From the NCBI RefSeq assembly GCF_001194135.2, contig NC_068981.1:164386353-164450352 (forward strand): a stretch of 64,000 nt of DNA. Reading direction: 5' to 3'. Origin of the DNA: Octopus bimaculoides (taxonomy: Eukaryota). The notes under the pieces are model-generated. The model searched no databases. It worked only from the letters and a program-made list of their open reading frames with translations, and had not been told where the DNA came from. The position numbers were made by a program, and so were the translations under genes. Each line of letters opens with the position of its first letter. Positions within the stretch are counted from its first letter, which is position 1. Shown one piece after another: positions 24,890-38,583 of the stretch.

Positions 24890-26560
24890 CATAATGTTAG
24901 ACTAAGCGACTATTCTTCGATAAAAAGGTTCTACTTAGCAAGGTCTCCGTGACAAACAATGCATTTGCGCCATCGTTGAACTCGAATTTCGAAGCCTCTT
25001 TGAAAAATTCTGGTGTGCATTTTCGTACACACTTCTTAACATCTTACTCCGTTTGTACCATCAAACGGATTTTTAATGAAGACAGATCTTCATTCGACCG
25101 AACAGGTGGAAGTCGGAAGGCGCCAAATCCAGACTATACGGAGGTTGATGAACCATTGGCCAGTCCATTTTGTCGATTGCCTTATTTGTTGCCAAACGTA
25201 CGTGTGGCCGTGCACTATCATGGTGAATGTAGATCATTTTCAAATTCTAGTTCGGTCATTTCCCTTAATGATTTCTTTGAGCAATTTGAGTGTTCACGAT
25301 TGGTGTTCATGGTGCAGCGACGTTTTGGAAAATGAAGGAAAACGATGCCCTTGTCACTGAAAAAAAAAAAAAAACTTCATCATAACTGTCTGTGCTGCTC
25401 ACTGGCTATTGAACTCTTATGGCTTTGAGAAGAGATATGACACCTTCCATGGACTGTTTCTTCGATTCCGGATCATAAAGATACATCCACATTTCACCCA
25501 CTTCACCATATCGGATATACGAGGTTTGATCAATAAGTATCCGGACTGCTGCTATAGTACCAAAGCTAAAGTACGCAGAGTGGAGCCGCTGGGAAAAAAT
25601 TGAACTCTGCTGTGCATGTGCACTAAGTCTTAACGTTCTAGCTTACTTCCGCTGTTTACAGCAGTGCTAGGAAGGAATTTGTGTAGCATGTGATCGTCAC
25701 ATTGACCATGACAAAGAAAGTTGTTATAGTGATACCTGCTCAGATGCCTAAGCAAAGTTGCAGAAACTGTATGGAGAGGAATGTATGAGCCGCACACCAG
25801 TGTACGAGTGGTTCAGACGTTTCCAAGATGGCCGAAAATGTCGATATTGACGGACGTTCTGGGAGATTCGCAACCAGCAGAACTGAGAAAAACATCGCAG
25901 ATGTGTGTGCAACTGTGAGGGAAAATTGTCGAATAACCATCCGTGAGTTATCAAAGAATGTGCAAATTAGTTACGGTTCAGTTCAGTCCATTATCATTGA
26001 AGATTTGTGTATGAGATGCGTCTCTGCCAAATTTGTTCCTAAACTGCTTTCAGCTGACTGAAAATACACTCGGGTTTCAGTTGTACAAGATCTTGATTGT
26101 GTCGGGAATGATGAAAACTTTTTGAAAACTTTGTGTAGGCCTCTGAACAGGTATCACCAAGCTTTTGGCAAAATTTGATGCAGATTCTCTGCTTGACTTT
26201 CTCTGTTATGGTCATTGCGACGATCACACGCTACACACCTTCCTTCCAAGTACCGCTATAATCAACGGATTTGAGCTAGAACGTAAAAATTTAGTGCGCA
26301 TACAACAGCAGAGTTTAAGGTCAGTCTGTGCCAATCAGCTCTACTCTGCGTACTTTAGCTTTGTTACTACGGTAACAGTCCGGATGCTTATTGATCAGAC
26401 CATGTAGACGTGTTTTCATTGATTTCAAACGCTTCTGGCTGACCAGAGCAGACTCATACCCTTTTCTCCTTCAAACAGGGCTTCAACTGCCGCGGCCCCC
26501 GCTTTTCAATCATTTGCCAATAACCAAAGTATTTATGACTTCCGCTGGATACACATCTTA
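24890..26560 (-). mobile_element. Decayed mariner (host), split at a TA by the fold-back element at 25520-26404
   Basis: Rejoined minus-strand frame LKEKRV*VCSGQPEAFEINENTSISDMV..GEMWMYLYDPESKKQSME; downstream remnants of the catalytic domain. Confidence 0.75.
25520..26404. mobile_element. Fold-back mariner derivative (two inverted left ends plus HTH-coding segment)
   Basis: TIR CGAGGTTTGATCAATAAGTATCCGGACTG / rc CATGGTCTGATCAATAAGCATCCGGACTG; TA TSD at 25518-25519 and 26405-26406; VYEWFRRFQDGR..SGRFATSRT...VSAKFVPKLL on plus; MTITEKVKQRICIKFCQKLGDT on minus. Confidence 0.88.
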
Positions 26561-26808
26561 AATTCCGTACGCGCATTATAGAAACGGAAGGAATTTGAAG
26601 GGGAGAGTTAGTTGGTAACATAAACACCGGTTTATGTTACCTACTGTTATTAGTACCTGCTGTTATTAGTACCTGCTGTTATTAGCTACGGAAGTATGAA
26701 GGGAAAAGTGGACCTCGGTATGGTTTAAATCCAGTTTGTAAAAGGGTGGAACAAATGCTAGAAAGCCCGTTTTTTCGACGTTATAATAATTCTGCCTGCT
26801 GACCCTGT

Positions 26809-26867
<59 letters not shown>

Positions 26868-27755
26868 GTTAAATGTGTTTATGTGTTGTGTGAGTATTTG
26901 ATGGCTAATTCTATCAATGACTTTTACAAGGACAAATGTAAACAATATTTGCGATTCCTTCGAAATGTCAACGTCATATTCGTATTCGTTAAATGGTTGC
27001 AAAGAAATTGACTGAATCTCATCAACGTGCAACACTACAGTACGAAAAGCAGTACATTTGAATGGATATAGTTTGCGTTGTATCATCCGAATGAGTTAAC
27101 ACTTCTTATAACAATCATACATTTCGTGTGTTACCAGATCGAAGACATAAGTGCCGGCTAAAGTACCGAGGTCAATATCGTCAACAAAATCTTCTGAAAG
27201 ACTGTACCCCAGCAAGAATCTGGTGCAATGACCGAAGTTAATAACAAAATAGAAAACAATATAAGTAACATTGACTATAACATTTCTATAACTATAATCA
27301 TAGAAAATAACTGTACCTATTCTTGAAATATAATAGTGCATCTACTCCGAAGAAATAAATTCTGATTTGATATAGTGGATTAAATATTGAAAGGTTAATT
27401 ATTACTAAATGGGAGGTCTTATAATCGCCTTAATGGATTTAACAACTTCAGATGAGATTAAGAGTAAAGACGCAGAGAGTACTACTTACATACATATATG
27501 CATACTTACATTTATGCATATGCGTATGTAGTGTTATGGATGTGAATTGTTTATATAGTGAGAATTAAAAACTTATAAATATAATCGTAATTAAGAGAAT
27601 GTTCTAAGAATTAATATGCAAACGATTCTGGCTAGAAATGGATGTTTGCAACTTAACTAAAAGGAAGCCAGTTGAAAACTAGGGTATTAGGATATTAGAA
27701 CTGTATGCACTCTAAAGAGTTTTATTTTTCTTACGATAGGAAATCATATATCTGA

Positions 27756-27823
<68 letters not shown>

Positions 27824-28029
27824 GCTCACGCACGCACATATGCACATGTGTGTGTGTGTGGTACTCCCATTAACTACTTATCAGGCCGAAGATACCTTTT
27901 GTTAAATGGAAGCTATAATGTCGTCAAGGAATCCCAAGTTAACTCGCAGGTGATGCGACTTAGGCATTTATACATACGCACAAGTGTGTGTGTGTATGCA
28001 TATATCTATATACCTGTTTATGTTTCTTT

Positions 28030-28204
28030 TTGTGTGTTTGTTCCCCCCCCCCATACCCATTGCTTGACAACGGGTGTTGGTTTATTTATGTCTCTGTAAA
28101 TAGGTTCGGTAAAAGAGACAGATAGGACAATCTGGGGTCGATTTGTTCAACTAAACCCTTCAAAGCACTTTCCCACAGTCCAATGACTGAAACAAATTAA
28201 AAAG

Positions 28205-28205
<1 letters not shown>
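28030..28205 (+). mobile_element. SINE family B, 3' half
   Basis: gcttgacaac..ggtgttgg...cagtccaatgactgaaac. Confidence 0.7.
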
Positions 28206-28235
<30 letters not shown>

Positions 28236-28271
28236 AAATAATACAGAATGGGACAAGGACGCAATATATAC

Positions 28272-28307
<36 letters not shown>

Positions 28308-29302
28308 GTTGTCGGAAGGAAGCTTAGATTAGCAATGTGTGTTCTGAGACTGGTGGGGATCTCGAGTAAGTGCTCAATGACTCCATGCTTTAAGGTAAGC
28401 ATGGACCGTGTGTTTTTCGAGAAGCAGGCCGCATCAGACATGGCTCGTCATCAGGCAGGTCGCACTGTTACAAGCGTGGCATTCAGAAAGCTTTAATCCA
28501 GGTGACGGATTTACATTCTCAGAGAAACACAAATGAATGTAAAATTTACACTGATATTTTCTTCTGCACAAAAATATACACGAAACAAATAGATGCAAAC
28601 ATTAATAGTCTTTAAATAATATTATCTTTCTTTCATAGAATAATTGGATCCTCCTAGAGCTTTTTAATGGTATAAGCATTGAAATAACATTCAACAGCTT
28701 AGCTATTAATATTCATGTAGATGGCGCCTTAAAATTACTTAATTTATTAAGAATCTTTAAAAATGACTCAATCAAATTAGACGAATTGCCGCCAATCTCA
28801 GCGTTAAAAATAAAAATAAAAGTCCACAATGTAAATTCGAGTCAAAATCGAAACTATTAGGGAGTAAATGTGTGCGTGTGTGTTTATATATATACATACA
28901 TTAATGCATGTATATACGCACACATATAAATTCATGGATGTATATGTGCATATGTGTGTGTGCGTGCGCGTGCGTGCATGTATTTGTGTGTATATGTAGA
29001 TGTTTGATTGTGCATTCATAAAATATGCCCAATATTTTGTCTCTCCGTTCTGTCCAACATTAACAAGTTGATACAAAATAAAAAAAACGCTCCTATTAAT
29101 TTCATTTCTTTTCCCTTTCTCTCTCGCTCTATATCTATTTCTCCTTCTTCCTCTCACTCTCTCAAACTCACACTCTTCCTTCTCCCTCCCACCTCTCTCT
29201 CTCTGTCCCCCTCTCTCTCTCTTTCCGTCTGTGTCCCTTGTTTCATGTGTAAGCACTTTAAAGACGTGCACTCAAGAGTACATATTTTATGGTAGTCAGC
29301 CC

Positions 29303-29515
29303 AGCAGCGAGTTGGCAGAATCATTAGCCAGCCGGACAAAATGCTCGGTAGCACATTTTCGGGTATAACATGCTAAGTTCAAATGCAGCTGTGGTTTACT
29401 TCACTTTGTCTTTCATTTCGGGTTCGATAAAATAAGTACTGTCTGATTATTGACGTCAATGTAGTCGACTAGCCCTTTCCCTACAATTTAAGACCTTGTG
29501 CTTATAGTAGAAAGA
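29303..29515 (+). mobile_element. SINE family A (A1 tail), degraded
   Basis: gcgagttggcagaatcattagc...ccttgtgcttatagtagaaag. Confidence 0.75.
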
Positions 29516-30339
29516 ATATGCCGATCAGTGCACCAGAAGACCAGGTAGCAAACCTAATTTCATAAATCAAATCGTCCATACACCTTTCATTGGGGTTAAA
29601 CTATATTTCATTAAATGGGTATATTAATTGGTTTTGCATAAGAAACAATGTATAACAACAAAGCATTTGATATAAATGACCGAAACATTAAATAATGTTA
29701 TCTAACAACACCATATTCGCTTTTTTAATCTGAATGATAAATACATANNNNNNNNNNNNNNNNNNNNNNNNNNNNNNNNNNNNNNNNNNNNNNNNNNNNN
29801 NNNNNNNNNNNNNNNNNNNNNNNNNNNNNNNNNNNNNNNNNNNNNNNNNNNNNNNNNNNNNNNNNNNNNNNNNNNNNNNNNNNNNNNNNNNNNNNNNNNN
29901 NNNNNNNNNNNNNNNNNNNNNNNNNNNNNNNNNNNNNNNNNNNNNNNNNNNNNNNNNNNNNNNNNNNNNNNNNNNNNNNNNNNNNNNNNNNNNNNNNNNN
30001 NNNNNNNNNNNNNNNNNNNNNNNNNNNNNNNNNNNNNNNNNNNNNNNNNNNNNNNNNNNNNNNNNNNNNNNNNNNNNNNNNNNNNNNNNNNNNNNNNNNN
30101 NNNNNNNNNNNNNNNNNNNNNNNNNNNNNNNNNNNNNNNNNNNNNNNNNNNNNNNNNNNNNNNNNNNNNNNNNNNNNNNNNNNNNNNNNNNNNNNNNNNN
30201 NNNNNNNNNNNNNNNNNNNNNNNNNNNNNNNNNNNNNNNNNNNNNNNNNNNNNNNNNNNNNNNNNNNNNNNNNNNNNNNNNNNNNNNNNNNNNNNNNNNN
30301 NNNNNNNNNNNNNNNNNNNNNNNNNNNNNNNNNNNNNNN

Positions 30340-30443
30340 GGCCATGGAATTTTCCTTGTCTTTATCAGGCCCCCCCTTGGCGCCCTGTAACACATGGTGC
30401 CTCGGGCGACTACCCGTGTTGTCGGTATCTTGAGCCGGCCCTG
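30340..30443. mobile_element. Probable hAT MITE right end; left end lost in the gap
   Basis: Ends in gagccggccctg (rc CAGGGCCGGCTC) after ggcgccc/ggtgcc subterminal motifs. Confidence 0.4.
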
Positions 30444-30585
30444 GTGGTGTGTCCCAATATCTTTCCAAATTTGGTGCAAACTTTCTACTTGAGGAAAACT
30501 TGTTAAGTTATGGCCACATACATACCAAGCACTATTCAAAGTTGAAGGTTTCCCTTCATCCCGTGATTCAGCTTGCATTATATCA

Positions 30586-30980
30586 TTTTTTATTTGTTTC
30601 AGTCATTTGACTGTGGCCATGCTGGGGCACCACCTTGAAGAGTTTTCAGTCGAAGAAATCAACACCAGGACTTATTCTTTTGTTTTTAAGCTTAGTACTT
30701 ATTGTTTTGATCCTTTTTTGTCGAACCGCTAAGTTACAAGGGCAAAAATAGACCAACACCGGTTGTCAAGCGGTGGCAGGGGGTCAAACACAGACACAAA
30801 GACACACACACACACATAGGACGAGCTTCTTTCAGTTTCCATCAACTAGATCCACTTGCTTTGATTGGCTCGAGGCTATAGCTGAAGACGCTTGCCTCAG
30901 GTCTCACGCGGAGAGACTGAACCCGGAAACTTGTGGTTGGGGAAGCAAGCTTCTTAGTACACGGCCACGCCTGCGCCTAT
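30586..30980 (-). mobile_element. SINE family B, full length
   Basis: Tail tttcagtcatttgactgtggccatgctgg through head gcctgcgcctat. Confidence 0.85.
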
Positions 30981-31562
30981 GTTGAATTTCTTCTAGAAAT
31001 TGAAGCGGTTTTAATTTGATGGAAACCCCGCTCAAATTTTCAGTAAATTATCCATCACCGCCTTAAAAAAAAGTAAAAGATAAAAAGAAAGGGAAGGGAA
31101 GATGCAATGAATTGTAGGTTCATATTGCTTAAAAGTTAAAATAACCTGGATAGTCATGATTGGAAAGCATTTTATGAGGGCTGGCCTAGGATGAGCAGCA
31201 GCAACATTAAGCAGCATATATTAACTAAACGTTTCTCTATTCATGCTTTTGTACTCTCTCTCTCTCTCTCTCTTATCTTCACAACACAAACTCTTTCGTA
31301 CTCATTCCTTCTCGGTATCTCTCACTAATTCTCCATCTCCCTCTCACTCACTCTTTCAAATTCTCATATACATTTATATACGTGGATACATACATACATA
31401 CATACTTGCATACAACAATTAGGCATAACACAAACAGATGTGTACATTACATTTCATTCCATTTCCAATATATCTAAACCAAACGGCCTTCTAATCTATA
31501 TCTAAAGACGGACGGACCAAGCTAGCGTAAACCCCCCCCCACCCAAACACACACACACATTA

Positions 31563-31593
<31 letters not shown>

Positions 31594-31962
31594 NNNNNNN
31601 NNNNNNNNNNNNNNNNNNNNNNNNNNNNNNNNNNNNNNNNNNNNNNNNNNNNNNNNNNNNNNNNNNNNNNNNNNNNNNNNNNNNNNNNNNNNNNNNNNNN
31701 NNNNNNNNNNNNNNNNNNNNNNNNNNNNNNNNNNNNNNNNNNNNNNNNNNNNNNNNNNNNNNNNNNNNNNNNNNNNNNNNNNNNNNNNNNNNNNNNNNNN
31801 NNNNNNNNNNNNNNNNNNNNNNNNNNNNNNNNNNNNNNNNNNNNNNNNNNNNNNNNNNNNNNNNNNNNNNNNNNNNNNNNNNNNNNNNNNNNNNNNNNNN
31901 NNNNNNNNNNNNNNNNNNNNNNNNNNNNNNNNNNNNNNNNNNNNNNNNNNNNNNNNNNNNNN

Positions 31963-31998
<36 letters not shown>

Positions 31999-32544
31999 GT
32001 ATGTAAGCGCTTGGTTTCTCTTTGATACTATGGTGCTGTGTTTGAGAAGAAACATAAACATTAATGTAGTGTTTGTGCAAATAATTTTGTGACTGATCAA
32101 CCGTTGGTAAGCATTCTTGACAGATAAAGTGAGAAACACGCGTACGAAAGGGATTAAGACTACAGCAACAAGAACAGCAACAACAGCTACAACCAGCATT
32201 ATCATCATCATCATGCACAGCAATACCAATAACAGCAAGAACGAAACCACCAGCAGCAGCAGCAACAGCAACAACAACAACAACAATAACAACAACAGTA
32301 AAACTGAAAACAGCCGAAATAACAATCAGCAATTGATGCAACAATGCAACAATGCAACAATAGAATCTACAGCAGTTGCACTTGTAGGAGAAATATCACA
32401 GCGTCACACCAAGTCATAACATCACCACTGCCGCCGTAACCATTATCACCACCACCACCACAACCAAACCCAAACGGATTCCCTCTTTTACACAACTACG
32501 TTACTGAGTAGTGCTTGAAATCGCTTAAAGATCACATGATCTCC

Positions 32545-32740
32545 ATTCCACTATAGGCAAAAGGCCGGGAATTCTGAAGGAAGGGGTTAGTCGATTACAT
32601 TGATCCCCAGTGCTTAAAACTGGTACTTATTTCATCGACTCCTGAAAGAATGAAAGTCAAAGTCAACTTTGGTGGAATTTGAACTCAGAACATGAAGACG
32701 GACGAAATGTCGCTAAGCATTTTGTCCGGCATGTAAACGA
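32545..32740 (-). mobile_element. SINE family A (A1 tail)
   Basis: ttagtcgattacat...ggtggaatttgaactcagaac. Confidence 0.8.
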
Positions 32741-33032
32741 CGACGAGACGACAACAACAATAATATTTTAATGTAGGCACAAGGCTTGAATTTGGTAGGG
32801 ATGGGACAGTCGTTTGGTAATTTATCGTCACTAGCGTGATAAAAGCCAAATTTGACTCCGATAGGATTTGAACGTAAAAGGACATTCTGTGTCTTTATCC
32901 TAAATCAACCATTCTCCATTGTAGCTCTACCAAAACAAGGATATCTGAATGTTATCTTTCATTTTGCAGCGCTTCAGTCGATCTTCATTGATACTCAGAG
33001 GACATCACTTGCCCACCATTAATCCTCTATAG

Positions 33033-33338
33033 TAGAGGTTCCCAACCTGTTTTACATCACGGACCGGTTTCATATATGTCGATCTTTCCATGGATCAGAA
33101 GATCAGGCGCATAAAATAATTCATCGGAGCATGGAAAAAATTGTGAGTGAAGCAAATACTGGAATGTGATCCTGGAGGAGGTGATAACTTTTCAAGATAA
33201 AATACTCTTCTGACTGATAGTCAATAAAATAGAAATAAAATTTTAAAATTTATTCTTTCTGTGCACCCGGTATCAAATGACTAATAACCCAAAGGCGGAC
33301 CCCTGCTCACAGAGAATGTAAAGGTTGAAGTACCACTG
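33033..33338. mobile_element. hAT (Charlie-like) MITE, degraded
   Basis: Ends tagaggttcccaacct / aggttgaagtaccactg; internal acggaccgg; TSD not recoverable. Confidence 0.6.
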
Positions 33339-35696
33339 GACAATATTGCTTGAGTAGTAAAGACATGTGAATGTTTAACTTCCAAATGTCAAGTGCCTAA
33401 TCTATTTCTTCGCTTCAGCCTGGAATACATCTCCGCCAAAGAGACGAGTTGTAATGGAAACAGCCTGACGAGGCCATCCTACTCACACTCACCGTCTAGG
33501 ATTTTCTGAAGACTCCATATCTTCAGTATGTGTTTATGCATCGTCCGTCACTACATTCTGAGCTTTTGGTGCAGAGAGTGGTGGCAGCAGATAATTTTTC
33601 TGTTCAGTGGTACGTGCCTCATCTACAAGACGGGAAACTATAAAGTGAGAATATAATTTGTAGAGTAAAAGAAACTTCAGAAGTGTAAACAATAAAAAAA
33701 AGAAAGGTAAAAGATAACATGAAAGTAAACTGTTTTGCATATTCCGCTGTTTTTATTTCGTTGTTAGTGTTTTAGTTGCTGTTATAAAATTTTGCTATTA
33801 TCCCTGCTTTATTGTTGCTTTTATTGTTATTTTAATTGTTATTGTTGTGTGACTTCCATTGTTGTTTCATTCATTCCATTTTTTGTATCCGTTTTTACAT
33901 TTCTTGTTAATGTAGGAGATTCTCCATTGGTATCGACGACGATTATTCAGTTTTCGTTCAACCAACTGAATTCCTTCTCGTAAAATATGTATAAGTGGTT
34001 AATTATTCCACAAACAATTGAACCCTTAAGAGAATCCATTAGGCTGAAACAGAGTGACATAAAGCGGCATGAAACTGGAATACCTCCCTTGCTGTCTTTA
34101 ATGCTTGTTGCAACATGAAAATAAACCGGACCTATGTTTTACGCACATAATCCAGTCGGGAAGAGAAAGAGAGAAAAAGAGAGTGTGGAATTGAGAATAT
34201 TTTTCTAAAATAAGAAATAATAAAAGGAGGAAAGTATTCGATAATAACAGTAAAGTAGCCAATAGTGTGTTAGCTAAATACTATAAAATAACGTGTGATG
34301 AAAACTTGTTGAATCGCTGTGGATATATAAGCAAGAAGGAGAAATAAACGAGTCACTGATTGCACATAGCTTATTTTCTATTATTTAATCAAGTTTATGT
34401 GGCCTTGTGCATTTCGTAACGATAGCATTCAACATTCATTGGAAAATATTAGGTCTGTTTATTATTTCTAATAAAAAGCAAGAACTTGAGTAATATTTTA
34501 AATATATTACATGCATTTATCCTTTCTATTTGAAAATAAATTAAGCAATCACCTTCCGCTCAGGAAAATACTTCCACATTCTTCGCTTACTGTTATTTAT
34601 CTATTAACATATTTATCTTTATTTTTTTTGTGGTAGTGGTGGAAAGTAGAAAACGTTTTCATTTTTTTAAAGCTTTCAATTCGCATTTTTTTATTTCCAT
34701 TGAAGCATAGCATATGAACCGCATACTGTATACAGTAGAATTACATTATGTCATCGTTAATACCAATAATGTTAGTGATACTAAAAAAATTGACATCGAA
34801 ATAAACGAGACAACGCAGAAGTTTTTACGTGATCAATCGACTTTTTTCGTTGGAAAATGTATCTGATGCACAAAATTATATGATTGTCTGGGCTGCGACA
34901 TCTTTGATCGGAGATCTTATTTCGAGCTCACCTATGGCTAATAACAACATCAACTCTAATATAAACATAATAGACATGATATTAACTAGTAAAGAAAAAT
35001 GATAATATTTGCGACAGCAATAATAAATATTTATAATTAACGAAATAGATGCATAATAAATAACGACCAGACTTAAAGGAAACTAGTATATTTATTACCA
35101 AGAAAGACGGCAATTTGGCAGAATCATTAGAGCGTCGGATAGGTTGACTATGTCTTCCGGTACACTGTGCTCTAAGTTCAAATCCAGAGTGTGTGGAATA
35201 TTTAGCCACTTACCCATACTTTACGAGAAGGAATTCAGTTGGCTGAATGAAAACTGAATGCTCATCGTCGATACCGATGGAGAATCTATTACATTAACAA
35301 GAAATTTATAAACGGATGCAAAGAATTAAATGAATGAAACAGAAATGGAAGTCAAACAACAATAACAATTAAAATAACATAGTATCATAATAAACGCAAG
35401 AATAAAGTAAGGGTAATAGTAACATATAATCACAACAACTACAACACAAGCAACGAAATAAAAAACAACAACGGAATATGCAAAATCTCACCAAAATAAG
35501 TAAATAAATACTATATAATTACATAAATAAACGAATACACATCTGTAAACGAAGATAAACAATAATATAAGGAAAAGAGAAGGGGAAAATAACCAAATAA
35601 CCAAAAGCTCTCTAGGAGCACTATTTAAATCAATGGAGTGACCTGGGTAATATACGGAAGAGCAGAGTCTATTGCAGAGGTCTAACAGTCTCTATG

Positions 35697-35780
<84 letters not shown>

Positions 35781-36023
35781 TCCTACGTAAAATACTGTCT
35801 ATGTGAGCTCAAATTTTAAAGCAAGCACATAATTTTCTTATGGTTTCTTAAACATTCACTTGAACAAAACTGTACAAATCCAAATATATGGTATTCTAGG
35901 CATAACACCTACATGAACTTCTAACTTGTTGTCTCTTGAGGTCTCTGGGTGAGACTTGGATCCAACTTGTACAAATGCAAAACAAAAGTCAAACATAAAA
36001 TAATAATAATAATAATAATAATA
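35697..36023 (+). mobile_element. R4/Dong-like LINE extreme 3' end (35780-35998) embedded in (AAT)n
   Basis: ILRKILSM* (stop 35804-35806) plus 3' UTR; (AAT)n at 35697-35779 and 35999-36023. Confidence 0.75.
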
Positions 36024-36458
36024 AATGTTTGTTCGGCTCTTAAATCCAATTCTTCTGTTCGCCTCATCAAATCTTTAGTTTGCCTGATACTTCTGACAGC
36101 GTTTTCTTTTTCAACTTGTTGATACACGTTTTCTGTCAGACGAAATCAAGTCTTCAAACTCGCCTCGCGCCATCTTTAAGTCAGAATGATTTCTGTCTGT
36201 CTGTTTGTATGTATGTATATATGCATGTATATATGTTTGCTCGTATGAATGTATGTTTGTATGTATCATATGTATGTATATACGTATGCTTGTTTATATG
36301 ACTGTATGTATGTGTGTATATTTGCATGTTTGTATGTTTGTATGTATACATGTTTTTTCATATGTACGTGTGTTTGTACCAGTCTATATATCTTTGCCTG
36401 TATATATGTATATTTATTTGTATGTATGTTTATGTATGCTTGCATTCTTGCTAGTATG

Positions 36459-36490
<32 letters not shown>

Positions 36491-36694
36491 CATGCATGTG
36501 TGTATGTATGCCTGTTTGTCTGTATGCATGTATGTATATATGCATGTATGCAAATATGTATGTTTGTATGCACATATGTATGTTTGTATTTATACAAATG
36601 CATATGTACGTCATTGTGTATGGAGTGTTGTGAAAAGAATGGAACTCAATATTTGCTACTGCTGCTGTTGATGATGATGATTATAAGGACAATG

Positions 36695-36805
<111 letters not shown>

Positions 36806-37428
36806 TCAGGTAATTTCAAAAGAATCAACATAAGAATATTAACCAGAAGAGGAAGATAAAGAAAAATAATAGGAAAACTATTTTTTTTCTCTCGTAAGGA
36901 AATAGAGAAGGAAGTTGGAATTGAAATAATGTTGTGTGCTAAACAAGTCTTCCACAAGTGTTTTGGTTGAAGTAAGTGATGGAACAGAACCTATGGAAGT
37001 AGCATTAATTCAGAGAGCAAACACTGTCTGAAACACATTGATACTGGTGATGATGACAACAAGTACGACAAGAACGATAATGATTTTTATGATGATGAAA
37101 TAGTGCTTATTGCTGTTGAGTTTTTGGTCCGTCATTTGCTGGATACATATTCGCATTACATCTGTGCTTTCTCTTCAGCGTCAGGGTTTCTCCTCAAACG
37201 CAGAATGCTTACTGACCGCCTCGCAAGATATTAATGAGAACCAAAACAAACACAGACACACCGCATACACATAACAAACATGAGTGTTTATATGCGTATT
37301 TGTATATGTATAATACATAAGAATATATATCTATAATGATAACAGTATATCATAATAATATATATACTCCGATTTAAAGCGATATTTTCTGTGAATTATC
37401 AAGCCTCCAGGTTTGTTTACAAATGTTG

Positions 37429-37570
37429 AATCTTGCCTCCCAACCACATGGTTCCGGGTTCAGTCCCACCGCGTGGCACCTTGAGCAAATGTCTTCGACT
37501 ATTGCCTCGAGCCGACTAAAGCCTCATGAGTGGATTTGATAGACGGATCTGAACGAAACCCGTCCTATAT
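37429..37570 (+). mobile_element. SINE family B, 5' half
   Basis: cccaaccacatggttccgggttcagtccc. Confidence 0.8.
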
Positions 37571-37782
37571 ATATGTATGTATATATATATATATNNNNNN
37601 NNNNNNNNNNNNNNNNNNNNNNNNNNNNNNNNNNNNNNNNNNNNNNNNNNNNNNNNNNNNNNNNNNNNNNNNNNNNNNNNNNNNNNNNNNNNNNNNNNNN
37701 NNNNNNNNNNNNNNNNNNNNNNNNNNNNNNNNNNNNNNNNNNNNNNNNNNNNNNNNNNNNNNNNNNNNNNNNNNNNNNNNNN

Positions 37783-37821
<39 letters not shown>

Positions 37822-38129
37822 CGACGGGTTTCTATAATGCTGGTATGTGCGTGTGTGTGTTTACGTATATACTCACACGCCTATGCGCCCACGTGTGTAT
37901 AAGCTGTAATTCAAAAGTTCAATTTTGTCCAGTTGTGGCATGCTAATTCTGCCCCGGAATTACATGAAAGTTACAAGTGTCTATGTAAAACTGAACCACT
38001 TTAATGCTAATGCAATGAGTAGGCAATTAGATCGATGGAACGATTGAATATTCAAAGTCGAAACCGACGGAGAATGTATGTATGTATATGAACAGAACAG
38101 TATTGCAGGTACAACTCACGAGAAAAAAA

Positions 38130-38332
38130 AAACAAAAGAAAAACAAGAACTGTGTGAGTCCAGACCCAACTCTTTGCCTTCAGTCCCAGCAGACCACCAG
38201 TCTCCGACCTGTGGCAGAGCCCTCCGTGCAAGCAACGAATTGATCGGCGACAGCCGGACATATCGTGTCCCGTCTTCTTCCATGTGATGTCCCTGTCCTT
38301 GGTCATCGCCGACGACGACGGACGAACTGATA
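38130..38332 (+). mobile_element. RTE-clade LINE 3' end
   Basis: SRPNSLPSVPADHQSPTCGRALRASNELIGDSRTYR resembles the RTE terminal CPTCGRxFRARIGLxSHxRTH motif; tail ggtcatcgccgacgacgacggacgaac. Confidence 0.7.
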
Positions 38333-38546
38333 ATGTATGAATGCTTGTGAGTATGTATATGTATATCTATTTGTGTTAATATCTGTATGTGTGTATATGC
38401 ATGTATATATATGTGTGTGTGTGTATGCGTATGCGTGTGTGTGTGTGTATACATATACACATGAACAAATTTGTATTTGTATATTCTTATATGTGTACAT
38501 GCGGTGTGTATGTATATTTGTATATGTACTTGTATATATGAATGTA

Positions 38547-38583
<37 letters not shown>

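Noticed and set aside
28310-28500. Unique island with a SOCS-box-like peptide (IEHLLEIPTSLRTHI) and a CTGATGA...GAAA motif on the minus strand
   Set aside because: There is an in-frame stop just upstream, no usable acceptor, and no hammerhead stem III can be formed.
36190-36620. Long open frames (CMYVC...)
   Set aside because: Degenerate (TGTA)n/(TG)n low-complexity tract.
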